From Candidatus Uhrbacteria bacterium (GTDB lineage: Bacteria; Patescibacteriota; Patescibacteriia; JACQRZ01): DNA of 64,000 nt. Made by a program: the position numbers and the translations under genes. Under the pieces are notes generated by a model that worked only from the letters and a program-made list of their open reading frames with translations, was not told where the DNA came from and made no database searches. Of this stretch, positions 19,701-28,119 are shown piece by piece. Each line of letters begins with the position of its first letter. Position 1 is the stretch's first letter. The stretch spans positions 2,649 through 66,648 of the forward strand of contig JACPHV010000021.1 of NCBI GenBank assembly GCA_016188385.1. The letters are read 5' to 3'.

Positions 19701-21302
19701 ATGAGCATACTTCTGAAACTTACCAAAATACGCTATGCCGGAAAATCAATCGGCAGAGATATACGGGTAGAGATAGAAGCATCCGGATCGTCATTGAAGA
19801 TTGAAAAGCGAATTCCTCACGGTTCTATAACCACATTCAATGATGCGATCGGCATTTTTGATAAAGCGGAGACACGATTTGAAGCGGACGTTAAAATTAA
19901 AATAACCGAGACGGATCTCATCTTTAGCGACACGGGAGAAAAAATCGCGCGTCTTTTCGTTGATGACACACACGTTCTTCCAAAATCTTTTCAATACACT
20001 GTCTCGATACAAGAAAGAAGGATGGTATTTTGGAAAGTAACTGCTGTCTTTACAGTTACTCTTGAAGCATCTCTTGTTGATGAAAAGCATACAATAGAAA
20101 TAAAAAAGTATCGTTCATACGGCAAGGAAGATTATAACCATTACGATGCGATTTTCTCTGAAGTGGTTAACTATTGGAACAATGAATTTTTGAACGACAC
20201 CAATCCACCGACGGAATTACTTGATCCAAACCTCATTAAAGCAATCGCGTTTCAGGAAACTCGAATTGGGCATGATCCAAAAAACAACGGCCTCGTTGAC
20301 ATTATGCAGGTTGGAAACCCCTCTGACCCGGCGCTCAAAACACTCCGTGGAGAATTACCGGAGTACTGGATACATCATGAGATGCAAATTCCATTGCGCT
20401 ATAATGCAAAAATCGAATCTGTGCGAGAAAGTATTCATTGGGGTGTTCGCTGGCTCTACCATAAATCACAAGGTATTACTTCCGACAATCGGCGCACTTG
20501 GCGCGGATGGCGTAATGCAGTACACCGATACGGGCCTGGAAAACAAAGCTATACAGAAGATGTTTGGCGCATCTATACCAAGGGGACTAAAAAGGAAAAA
20601 AATGGAACTATCATCATATTGTGGACACTTACGATACTTCTTCTTATTCTTGCCCTTTCCCTTATACGACAGAATACGACTGATGTTGCGCATGCTGCCG
20701 TCCTGAAAACATTTCACACAAGCGCATGGCCGGCTGATGATGTTATTGTCCAGTTCTCAAAAAAGGATAGCGCTCTTTTTTGGTCAATCCTTGAAGTAGA
20801 AGAAGATTGGTCAGAAGATTTCCATGTTGGTCGCTTGAATGGAAGAGAAGTCACATGGCTCTCGAACGCTCATCCCCCCAGCGAACAATCAATTCTCTCT
20901 GCGCGATTTATTTCGCTTAATGGTTTTTCGGGATCTGTCATTGAAGTGTACGGCGAAACACACCAAGGGCACGGAAACCTTTATCTCTATCGTGTTGAAG
21001 GAAACACAGTACATTTATTCTTTCAAACGGAGGCGGTTGATTCATACAACGAACATATCTGGCGTCCCAGTGGCTATCCGGAATATGGATTCCATTCTTG
21101 CGGCGAACGCTATAACGGGGGAAAGCTTCGGGCTCATTACCGCGATCTGAATGGCGACGGTATTGACGATATGCTCTTGAACGGAAGTGTGGAAGTGTTC
21201 TGTGAAGATATTGTGCGCAACATGCCGTTTGAATCACATATAATAAAGGTGGCCGAGAGACCTGTTCATCGAATATATGATCTCATCCAAGCGGCAAAGT
21301 AA
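19701..21302 (+). CDS. Membrane-anchored hypothetical protein with a lytic-transglycosylase (SLT)-like motif
   Basis: AIAFQETRIGH...GLVDIMQV resembles the SLT signature AIAxQES...GLMQ. A single TM helix (IIILWTLTILLLILALSLI) is present. The C-terminal domain has a DLNGDGIDD calcium-binding-like motif. Low GC. Confidence 0.45.
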   Translation: MSILLKLTKIRYAGKSIGRDIRVEIEASGSSLKIEKRIPHGSITTFNDAIGIFDKAETRFEADVKIKITETDLIFSDTGEKIARLFVDDTHVLPKSFQYTVSIQERRMVFWKVTAVFTVTLEASLVDEKHTIEIKKYRSYGKEDYNHYDAIFSEVVNYWNNEFLNDTNPPTELLDPNLIKAIAFQETRIGHDPKNNGLVDIMQVGNPSDPALKTLRGELPEYWIHHEMQIPLRYNAKIESVRESIHWGVRWLYHKSQGITSDNRRTWRGWRNAVHRYGPGKQSYTEDVWRIYTKGTKKEKNGTIIILWTLTILLLILALSLIRQNTTDVAHAAVLKTFHTSAWPADDVIVQFSKKDSALFWSILEVEEDWSEDFHVGRLNGREVTWLSNAHPPSEQSILSARFISLNGFSGSVIEVYGETHQGHGNLYLYRVEGNTVHLFFQTEAVDSYNEHIWRPSGYPEYGFHSCGERYNGGKLRAHYRDLNGDGIDDMLLNGSVEVFCEDIVRNMPFESHIIKVAERPVHRIYDLIQAAK

Positions 21303-21314
21303 CTGTATATTCTT

Positions 21315-22394
21315 ATGAAAGAAAAAATGTCAACGTTTACAAAAAAATCAAAATCTTTCGTGATCAGCCCGCGATCAGTTCCATGGAACAGTGAAAGATC
21401 AATAAACCCTATGCACAAACCCTATCACAACACACTTAATTCCCATCTCTTCTCTAAAGATGTCGAGCAGATCCCGACGCGCAATGGCTACGGCGACGGA
21501 TTACTTATGCTCGGCGAATCACAACCGGATGTTGTTGTGTTAACCGGAGACCTTGCAGAATCAACGCGCGTTCTTGAGTTTGGAAAAAAATATCCCGAAC
21601 GTTTTGTAGAATGCGGTGTTGCAGAACAAAACATGGCGGGTATTGCCGCGGGACTCGCGCTTGCGGGCAAGATTCCCTTTATTTCAAGTTATGCCGTGTT
21701 TTCTCCCGGAAGGAACTGGGATCAAATTCGTGTCAGCACCTGTCTCAATAACGCGAATGTAAAAATCGTCGGCGCGCATGCGGGCATCTCTGTCGGTCCC
21801 GATGGCGCGACTCATCAGGCGCTTGAAGATATTGCCATCATGCGTGTGCTCCCTCGCATGGTCGTTGTCGTACCCTGCGATTATCAAGAAACAATGAAGG
21901 CAACATATGCTGCGGCGACATGGGTTGGACCTTTTTATTTCCGGTTTGCTCGGGAAAAGACACCGTGTATCACAACGCTAAAAACACCGTTCAAAGTCGG
22001 GCGCGCAGAAATTTTCAGAAAGGGAACACACGTGAGTATTATTGCCTGCGGTCCCCTTGTGTACCAATCTCTTGTCGCGGCAGAGGAGCTCAAAAAAATC
22101 GGCATTGACTGCGAGGTCATCAATAATCACACCATTAAGCCGCTCGATGAAAAAACATTGCTTGCGTCGGTTCGCAAAACAAAAGCTGTCGTCACCGTTG
22201 AGGAACATCAAATCATGGCGGGTGCGGGTAGCGCTCTATGCGAGCTTTTTTCAAAAAAATATCCAGTGCCCGTTGAAATGGTAGGTATGAACGATTCCTA
22301 CGGCGAATCAGGAAAGCCATCCGAACTTCTTGAAAAATACGGCATGTCCGTAAAAGCGATCATCAGGGCTATAAAAAAAGTTTTGAAGAGATGA
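21315..22394 (+). CDS. tktC: Transketolase, C-terminal (pyrimidine-binding plus C-terminal) subunit
   Basis: ECGVAEQNMAGIAAGLALAGKIPF and GPDGATHQALEDIA are present. The true start may be the internal Met at about 21411. Confidence 0.85.
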   Translation: MKEKMSTFTKKSKSFVISPRSVPWNSERSINPMHKPYHNTLNSHLFSKDVEQIPTRNGYGDGLLMLGESQPDVVVLTGDLAESTRVLEFGKKYPERFVECGVAEQNMAGIAAGLALAGKIPFISSYAVFSPGRNWDQIRVSTCLNNANVKIVGAHAGISVGPDGATHQALEDIAIMRVLPRMVVVVPCDYQETMKATYAAATWVGPFYFRFAREKTPCITTLKTPFKVGRAEIFRKGTHVSIIACGPLVYQSLVAAEELKKIGIDCEVINNHTIKPLDEKTLLASVRKTKAVVTVEEHQIMAGAGSALCELFSKKYPVPVEMVGMNDSYGESGKPSELLEKYGMSVKAIIRAIKKVLKR

Positions 22395-22773
22395 GATTAC
22401 CTATGGCAACCCCAACCATCACTCCATTTTCGAGAGACGAAATCGCCCCATATATTATTGATAGAGCATGTTGTGCTCCATCTCCATCCCTTCCATCAGC
22501 GACCATTCAAATGTTCGCTCTTTTTATCTTTCTCTTTTCCTTATTTCTTTTTGTTTTTTTTCTGGGCGTTTGGAATGCTCGTCTTCGCTTGAAAAAAAAG
22601 GAAATGGATTCGCAAACTCGCAAAACGACAGAAAAGGCACTAATGAAAAGACAAAAAATTCTTTTAATCCTTTTCATTTTTTTTATGCTTCTTGCCATTG
22701 GTATCTTCGACCAATCATCATTCTTGTCGGAAATGATAGTATACGGCTTTGATTAGTTATAACTTACTATTGT

Positions 22774-23601
22774 ATGACTCTATGCTCTATGAATAGTATA
22801 CGTACAATTATTCTTTTAATCGCTCTATTGATGATGGCAAGTCCTTCATATGCCGCAACGCTCAAGGAAAAGCTTGCCGGTCGTATCTTGCTTCAAGTCG
22901 AGGAGAAAGGAAAGGCATGGTATGTTGAGCCACAGACAAAACAACGCGCCTACTTAGGTCGTCCCGCAGACGCGTTTCGAATCATGCGCGAATTAAGCTT
23001 GGGTATTACGGACGCTAATCTCGGACGCCTCAAAGAAGATACACCGTTTGCGTGCAAAAACGCAGGCAAAATTTTTCTGCAAGTCCAGCAAAAAGGCGAA
23101 GCGTGGTATGTTTTTCCGCCGGATTGCAGCGTCCACTATCTCGGACGCCCCAGCGACGCGTTTTCACTTATGCGAACCAAAGGCCTTGGCATCTCAAATG
23201 ATGACATCGCAACCATTCCAGCTTCGGTAAAATATACGAGCGACCAACAGTCACGTATCGTCAACAAAGAAACATCAGTCGAGAACATCGAAACGAAAAA
23301 GATCGTAGCTGATGAAATATCAAGTAATGAACATGCAATTGAAAAAATCGAAGAAGAAGTCGTCAAAAAAGAAACGGCAGTGGAGGATACATCAAGCGCA
23401 AATCAAGAAACTGATTTGACGAAAAAGAAAGCGAAGGAATTATTAAAAAAGATTGAGCATATCACCATCACACCTATAGAGCCGATCAAGCTTGACATAA
23501 AGCTCAAATCGCCGGATTCAGTATACATACCGCCGATCTCTTCGCCGGAGTTGCGAGCCGATCCGCTACTCCCGTATTACGACAGCCTTTCTTCATTCTA
23601 A
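22774..23601 (+). CDS. Secreted protein with two tandem ~45-aa repeats and an acidic/lysine-rich tail
   Basis: A signal peptide precedes the repeats GRILLQVEEKGKAWYVEPQTKQRAYLGRPADAFRIMRELSLGITDANL and GKIFLQVQQKGEAWYVFPPDCSVHYLGRPSDAFSLMRTKGLGISNDDI. The family is unknown. Confidence 0.4.
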   Translation: MTLCSMNSIRTIILLIALLMMASPSYAATLKEKLAGRILLQVEEKGKAWYVEPQTKQRAYLGRPADAFRIMRELSLGITDANLGRLKEDTPFACKNAGKIFLQVQQKGEAWYVFPPDCSVHYLGRPSDAFSLMRTKGLGISNDDIATIPASVKYTSDQQSRIVNKETSVENIETKKIVADEISSNEHAIEKIEEEVVKKETAVEDTSSANQETDLTKKKAKELLKKIEHITITPIEPIKLDIKLKSPDSVYIPPISSPELRADPLLPYYDSLSSF

Positions 23602-23659
23602 TAAGTTTGCTTTTCTCCATTGTTCTTTCGTTTTATTTTGTTATACTTGCACTCATTGT

Positions 23660-23741
23660 GCCCGGGTGGCGTAATTGGCAGCCGCAACTGACTTAAGATC
23701 AGTCGCCGTAAGGCGTGCGGGTTCGAGTCCCGCCCCGGGCA
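23660..23741 (+). tRNA. tRNA-Leu (anticodon UAA), type II with long variable arm
   Basis: Acceptor GCCCGGG/CCCGGGC plus discriminator A. Anticodon stem ACTGA/TCAGT with loop CTTAAGA. T-arm GCGGG-TTCGAGT-CCCGC. Long variable arm. CCA is not encoded. Confidence 0.85.
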
Positions 23742-24062
23742 ATTTTGAACAGAGTGAAAAATTGAACGGGGAGCAACAGAACTTCTTCTGTTGCGTCGGG
23801 ACGAGAACGCCGGAGCGATGTTCGGTCAGCAGACCGAACCGCGAGGCGGTGGCTAGACCGAGGCGAGTGACGGCGAGCCGAGAGTCGAAGCCGAGTCCCG
23901 CCGGGGGCAATTGCATAATAAAAATTCACTTACTGCATGATGGCTATTGGTTTCTAGCCTTTTGGCTCTTTTGGCTTGATATTTTGAAAGAACGATACGC
24001 AAAAGGCGAGATCGATAAAAAGAGTTTGAGGCAAAAAAAATAGATTTGAGCTAGAGGATGTT

Positions 24063-24680
24063 ATGAAAATCATTGACCTCACCCACAATTTTACAAAAAC
24101 AATGCCGGCCTTTCCTGGAGATGACCCACCCCTGCTGATAGAAGAACGAGATGACGATAATAAGATTGTCCATTATCGTATCGAGACAGGCATGCATATT
24201 GGAACGCATATGGACGGCCCGTTGCATATGGTCCCGAATGGACGGATGTTATCGGAAATCGATGTATCTGCGTTTATCGCCGCCGGGCATCTTATCGACG
24301 CTCGGAAAAAAGCGAGACTTGACGCATCCTTGATTGCAGATATCGATATCTCCCCCCGAGATTGCGTATTATTCTATACCGGATGGGATGAACGATTCGA
24401 CTCGCCTGATTTTTATACAAGCTACCCCGTCATGACAGAGAAGCTTGCTCATGCGTTAACGGCTAAAAAAATTTCTTTTATCGGCATTGATACCCCAAGC
24501 CCTGACAGAGCTCCCTATGCCATTCACAGAATACTGCTCAAAGAGGAAATCCTCATTATCGAATGTATGAATAATCTTTCATATCTGCTTACCATCAATC
24601 GCTTTGAAGTAATCGCTCTTCCTGCAAAATTCGAGGCGGAAGCAGCCCCTGTGCGAGTCATTGCTCGGATAGAAGAATGA
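24063..24680 (+). CDS. Cyclase-family protein (kynurenine formamidase-like, PF04199)
   Basis: The HIGTHMDGPLH metal-binding motif is characteristic of the putative cyclase / KynB fold. Confidence 0.65.
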   Translation: MKIIDLTHNFTKTMPAFPGDDPPLLIEERDDDNKIVHYRIETGMHIGTHMDGPLHMVPNGRMLSEIDVSAFIAAGHLIDARKKARLDASLIADIDISPRDCVLFYTGWDERFDSPDFYTSYPVMTEKLAHALTAKKISFIGIDTPSPDRAPYAIHRILLKEEILIIECMNNLSYLLTINRFEVIALPAKFEAEAAPVRVIARIEE

Positions 24681-24715
24681 AGAAGTAAAGTGATCTCTGG
24701 AAAAGAGCGAGCTTG

Positions 24716-25414
24716 TCATGTTCGCAATACTACCTCTTCGCAATACGGAGTAAAGATATTTTTGATGCCTTCCATTTCTTCCGGACTGAATGAATGATAA
24801 GACTCAAAACGGGGATCGAGCGTTGTCTGGTTTCGGAATTGCTGAAGATATACCTTTCTAGCGCCATGCATCATCCGCGCCATTTGACTTAAGATCGACG
24901 GCGTATGGATCTCTCGAACGAGTGTGCAGCGAAATTCGTATGCCACGCAGCTATCACGAAGGATACCAATTGTTTTTTCTATCGCAGGCACCGTCCTGCC
25001 AACAAGTGTCTGGTATTGATGTATGCCCGTCTTTACATCCATCGCGATATAGTCAAGCAGCTGGTCTTTGATGAGCTTTTGCAGCATTTCCGGATGAGAT
25101 CCATTGGTGTCGAGCTTTACAAAAAAACCATTTTTCTTTATGCGCGCGATGAACTCCGGCAGATCTTTATGAATCGTCGGCTCTCCTCCCGACACGACCA
25201 CGCCCTCCAACAGATTTCTTCTCATTGAAAGAAAACGAAAAAATGTTTCCTCTGATATCACGGATTTCCGCAATTCTTGCACTTTTTGCGGCAGTACGAA
25301 TTCGGGATTGTGGCAATAGCCGCATCTGAAATTACATCCGAGCGTGAATACGATACACGCGATCCTATCGGGAAAATCGAGGATCGTAAAAGGCTGTATG
25401 CCGCTGATCAACAT
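24716..25414 (-). CDS. nrdG: Anaerobic ribonucleoside-triphosphate reductase activating protein (radical SAM)
   Basis: CNFRCGYCHN cluster motif and GGEPT are present. It lies immediately downstream of nrdD. Confidence 0.85.
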   Translation of the reverse strand: MLISGIQPFTILDFPDRIACIVFTLGCNFRCGYCHNPEFVLPQKVQELRKSVISEETFFRFLSMRRNLLEGVVVSGGEPTIHKDLPEFIARIKKNGFFVKLDTNGSHPEMLQKLIKDQLLDYIAMDVKTGIHQYQTLVGRTVPAIEKTIGILRDSCVAYEFRCTLVREIHTPSILSQMARMMHGARKVYLQQFRNQTTLDPRFESYHSFSPEEMEGIKNIFTPYCEEVVLRT

Positions 25415-25599
25415 GCGGCGGGGGAATATTTTTTCGTAAACGAAGAATTAGCGGCGACACACTCTTCAAAATGCTTGCGGGAATAGTGCTCCGCCTTCTT
25501 TCCTATATTAAATTGCGATACGGGACGGTGATATCCCATCACTCGCGTCCATATCTCGCAGCGTGTCCGTCCGCTATCTTGGGTGTTCGGAGGATTCAT
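25408..25599 (-). CDS. NrdD C-terminal glycyl-radical segment in an alternative frame (frameshifted continuation or detached small subunit)
   Basis: TRVMGYHRPVSQFNIGKKAEHY matches the NrdD glycyl-radical region (E. coli RRVCGYLGSPDARPFNAGKQEE). It overlaps the main nrdD frame, which stops at 25574. Confidence 0.5.
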   Translation of the reverse strand: MNPPNTQDSGRTRCEIWTRVMGYHRPVSQFNIGKKAEHYSRKHFEECVAANSSFTKKYSPAAC

Positions 25600-27772
25600 A
25601 TGTGTTATCTTTGCTATGAATGAGTATAGATTCATCGTCGATTGAAGATTGACTACGTAGAGCCGCTGTATCACTTACGAAATGTTCGCGATATCCGCGG
25701 TCAAACCGCGCTTTGCCACTCACGCCATTCATGTCATCGCAACGAGGGCAGTAATCATGCTCGCCGGCAAGGTAGCCGTGGACGGGACAGATAGAAAATG
25801 TGGGAGTGATTGTAATGTAAGGCAGCCGAAAACGAGAAAGAATTTTGCGTACCAATTCGCGACACATCTGTGGAGAACTGATTCGCTCCGTCATATAACA
25901 ATGCAGCACCGTGCCGCCAGTATACTTTGTCTGAAGTTCATCCTGGAGCTGCAACGCTTCAAATACATCATCGGTGTGTTCGACTGGGATCTGCGAAGAG
26001 TTTGTATAGTATGGAGCCAATTTGGTTCCCGCATGAATAATATCGCCAAATCTCCGCTGGTCCTCCCGAGCAAAGCGATATGTTGCCGACTCCGCAGGTG
26101 TTGCCTCGAGATTATACAGATTACCTGTTTCTTCCTGAAACTGCTTGAGCTTGCTACGCATGAAATCAAGTGTCTCGGATGCAAACTGCTGTCCGGCCGG
26201 AGCTGTGATATCTTCCTGCCCGCTTGTAAAATTTCGTACCGCCTCGTTCACGCCGTTAATTCCGATTGTTGAAAAGTGATTATTCAGATGTCCGAGATAC
26301 CTTTTGGTAAATGGGAACAATCCTCGATCGAGCCATTTCTGTATTTCTTTCCTTTTAATCTCCAGCGAAGTTTTTGCAAGATTCATGAGGTGTTCGACGC
26401 GTGCAAGAAATGCCTCCTTGTCTCCTTTGTGCATGTATCCGATGCGAGCGGCATTAATCGTCACGACTCCGATCGATCCTGTCATCTCCGCGGAACCGAA
26501 TAAACCGCCGCCGCGTTTACGCAGCTCGGTAAGATCAAGCTGGAGTCGACAGCACATGGAGCGCACATCGCCGGGATTCAAGTCTGAATTGATAAAATTT
26601 TGAAAATAAGGCATGCCGAATTTCGACGTCATCTCAAACAGAGGGATGTTCTTCGCGTCGTCCCATTTGAAATCCTTACCGATGTTATAAGTCGGGATCG
26701 GAAACGTAAACACTCTGCTTTTCGCATCGCCTGATGTCATTACCTCGATAAAAGCTCGATTGATAATATCCATCTGCGGCTGAAGTTCGCCAAACGATGA
26801 GGGAAATAATGTGCCTCCGAGCAATAGCTGCTGATCCGCGAGATCTTTCGGGCAATTCCAGTCTAATGTGATATTCGTAAACGGTGTTTGCGTGCCCCAG
26901 CGAGAAGGGATGTTCAGATTAAAAACAAACGACTGTATATTCTGATACACATAGCCGTATACTCTTTGAGCGATGTAATCTTCACGAGTATCGAGAGACG
27001 GAAACTCCATCCCCCACTGCGCAATCGATGCCCGAACTTCATTTTCGTACTTTTTTACAAACGGCGCGAGATAGGTGTCAAAGCTCGAAAATGCCTGGGC
27101 GCCGGCCCATTCGTTTTGAAGAGTCCCTAAAAAATTTACCATCTGCGCGACGGCGGAACTCAAGTGCTTCGGGGGGCCGGATTCTATTTTATTCGAAATT
27201 CCATTAAATCCTTCTTCAAGCAATGCCCGCAGACTCCATCCGGCGCAATATCCGGAAAACATGTCCAAGTCATGAATGTGGAAATCGGCGTTGCGGTGCG
27301 CGTCGCCGACAGATTTGGGATAGACATGCGAAAGCCAATAGTTTGCCACGACCTTACCTGCCGTATTCAAAATGAGACCGCCAAGTGAGTATCCCTGATT
27401 GGAATTGGCATTCACGCGCCAATCAACTTCATTCAGATATTCGGTAATGGTTCTTTCCACCTCGACGACTACATTTCTTCCTTCTCTTGCCGTGCGCCGC
27501 CGCTCACGGTACAAAATGTAAGCTTTCGCTATTTCTGTATATCCCCTATCCATGAGCACGCGCTCCACGATGTCTTGCACATTCTCGACTGTCGGTATAT
27601 CGTCAATGTAATCCGTATCGAGCCGATCAATTACTTTACCGGCTAGCGCATCGCATTCTTCAACCTCGTTTTTTCCTACAGCGATAATCGCTTTCTTGAT
27701 CGCGCTTTGTATCTTCCGAACATCAAAATCCTGAATGCTTCCGTTGCGTTTTTGTATTTTATAGATCGGCAT
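25574..27772 (-). CDS. nrdD: Anaerobic ribonucleoside-triphosphate reductase (class III), main frame; lacks the glycyl-radical motif
   Basis: An ATP-cone N-terminus (MPIYKIQKRNGSIQDFDVRKIQSAIKKA) and a C-terminal CPVH...CPRC zinc ribbon are present. The start was set to the ATG at 27772 (the track uses GTG at 27787). Confidence 0.8.
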   Translation of the reverse strand: MPIYKIQKRNGSIQDFDVRKIQSAIKKAIIAVGKNEVEECDALAGKVIDRLDTDYIDDIPTVENVQDIVERVLMDRGYTEIAKAYILYRERRRTAREGRNVVVEVERTITEYLNEVDWRVNANSNQGYSLGGLILNTAGKVVANYWLSHVYPKSVGDAHRNADFHIHDLDMFSGYCAGWSLRALLEEGFNGISNKIESGPPKHLSSAVAQMVNFLGTLQNEWAGAQAFSSFDTYLAPFVKKYENEVRASIAQWGMEFPSLDTREDYIAQRVYGYVYQNIQSFVFNLNIPSRWGTQTPFTNITLDWNCPKDLADQQLLLGGTLFPSSFGELQPQMDIINRAFIEVMTSGDAKSRVFTFPIPTYNIGKDFKWDDAKNIPLFEMTSKFGMPYFQNFINSDLNPGDVRSMCCRLQLDLTELRKRGGGLFGSAEMTGSIGVVTINAARIGYMHKGDKEAFLARVEHLMNLAKTSLEIKRKEIQKWLDRGLFPFTKRYLGHLNNHFSTIGINGVNEAVRNFTSGQEDITAPAGQQFASETLDFMRSKLKQFQEETGNLYNLEATPAESATYRFAREDQRRFGDIIHAGTKLAPYYTNSSQIPVEHTDDVFEALQLQDELQTKYTGGTVLHCYMTERISSPQMCRELVRKILSRFRLPYITITPTFSICPVHGYLAGEHDYCPRCDDMNGVSGKARFDRGYREHFVSDTAALRSQSSIDDESILIHSKDNTYESSEHPR

Positions 27773-27823
27773 AAAATAAAAGCTCACGGATAGTGAGCTT
27801 CGATGAGCTTCGATAAAAAAATG

Positions 27824-28051
27824 TTATGGTGAAATTTTTTGTTTGGCTGCCACTTTGTTCGGACACGTGTCTGCGATAAGGCAGAGATATCGGGTTGACG
27901 AGACTCCCTGATAGAGATTTACTGCTCCGCACCGCCGGCACTTCACTTCGATCTCGCTATCGACAAGCAGTCCCTTAAACATCAGTTTGCTGCATTCTTT
28001 GCAACGATATTCATTGTAACGGTAATGTGTCGCGGATTGAATCGAGGGCAT
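27824..28051 (-). CDS. Com-family zinc-ribbon protein (phage Mu Com-like)
   Basis: YRCKECSKLMFKG...EIEVKCRRCGAVN parallels Mu Com IRCKNCNKLLFKA...IEIRCPRCKRH. Confidence 0.5.
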   Translation of the reverse strand: MPSIQSATHYRYNEYRCKECSKLMFKGLLVDSEIEVKCRRCGAVNLYQGVSSTRYLCLIADTCPNKVAAKQKISP

Positions 28052-28119
28052 ATGAATGCTGGATTATTACTCTACCATAGACAAGGTGGCCGGACAACTG
28101 TCTCCTGTGGATAATCATC

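Noticed and set aside
22391-22756. 121 aa ORF (MRLPMATPTITPFS...) overlapping the tktC stop
   Set aside because: The DNA here is AT-rich and low-complexity, with CT/T homopolymer runs (cttttccttatttctttttgtttttttt) and poly-A stretches. The protein is composed of Phe/Leu/Lys repeats, typical of translation of simple sequence. It is more likely a promoter or leader region for the downstream secreted-protein gene than a real gene.
23653-24043. Three overlapping ORFs (87, 76 and 122 aa) across the tRNA-Leu and the GC-rich spacer
   Set aside because: They overlap a well-formed tRNA and have Arg/Ala/Pro-rich composition, which is the usual artefact of GC-rich non-coding DNA. No coding signal is present.
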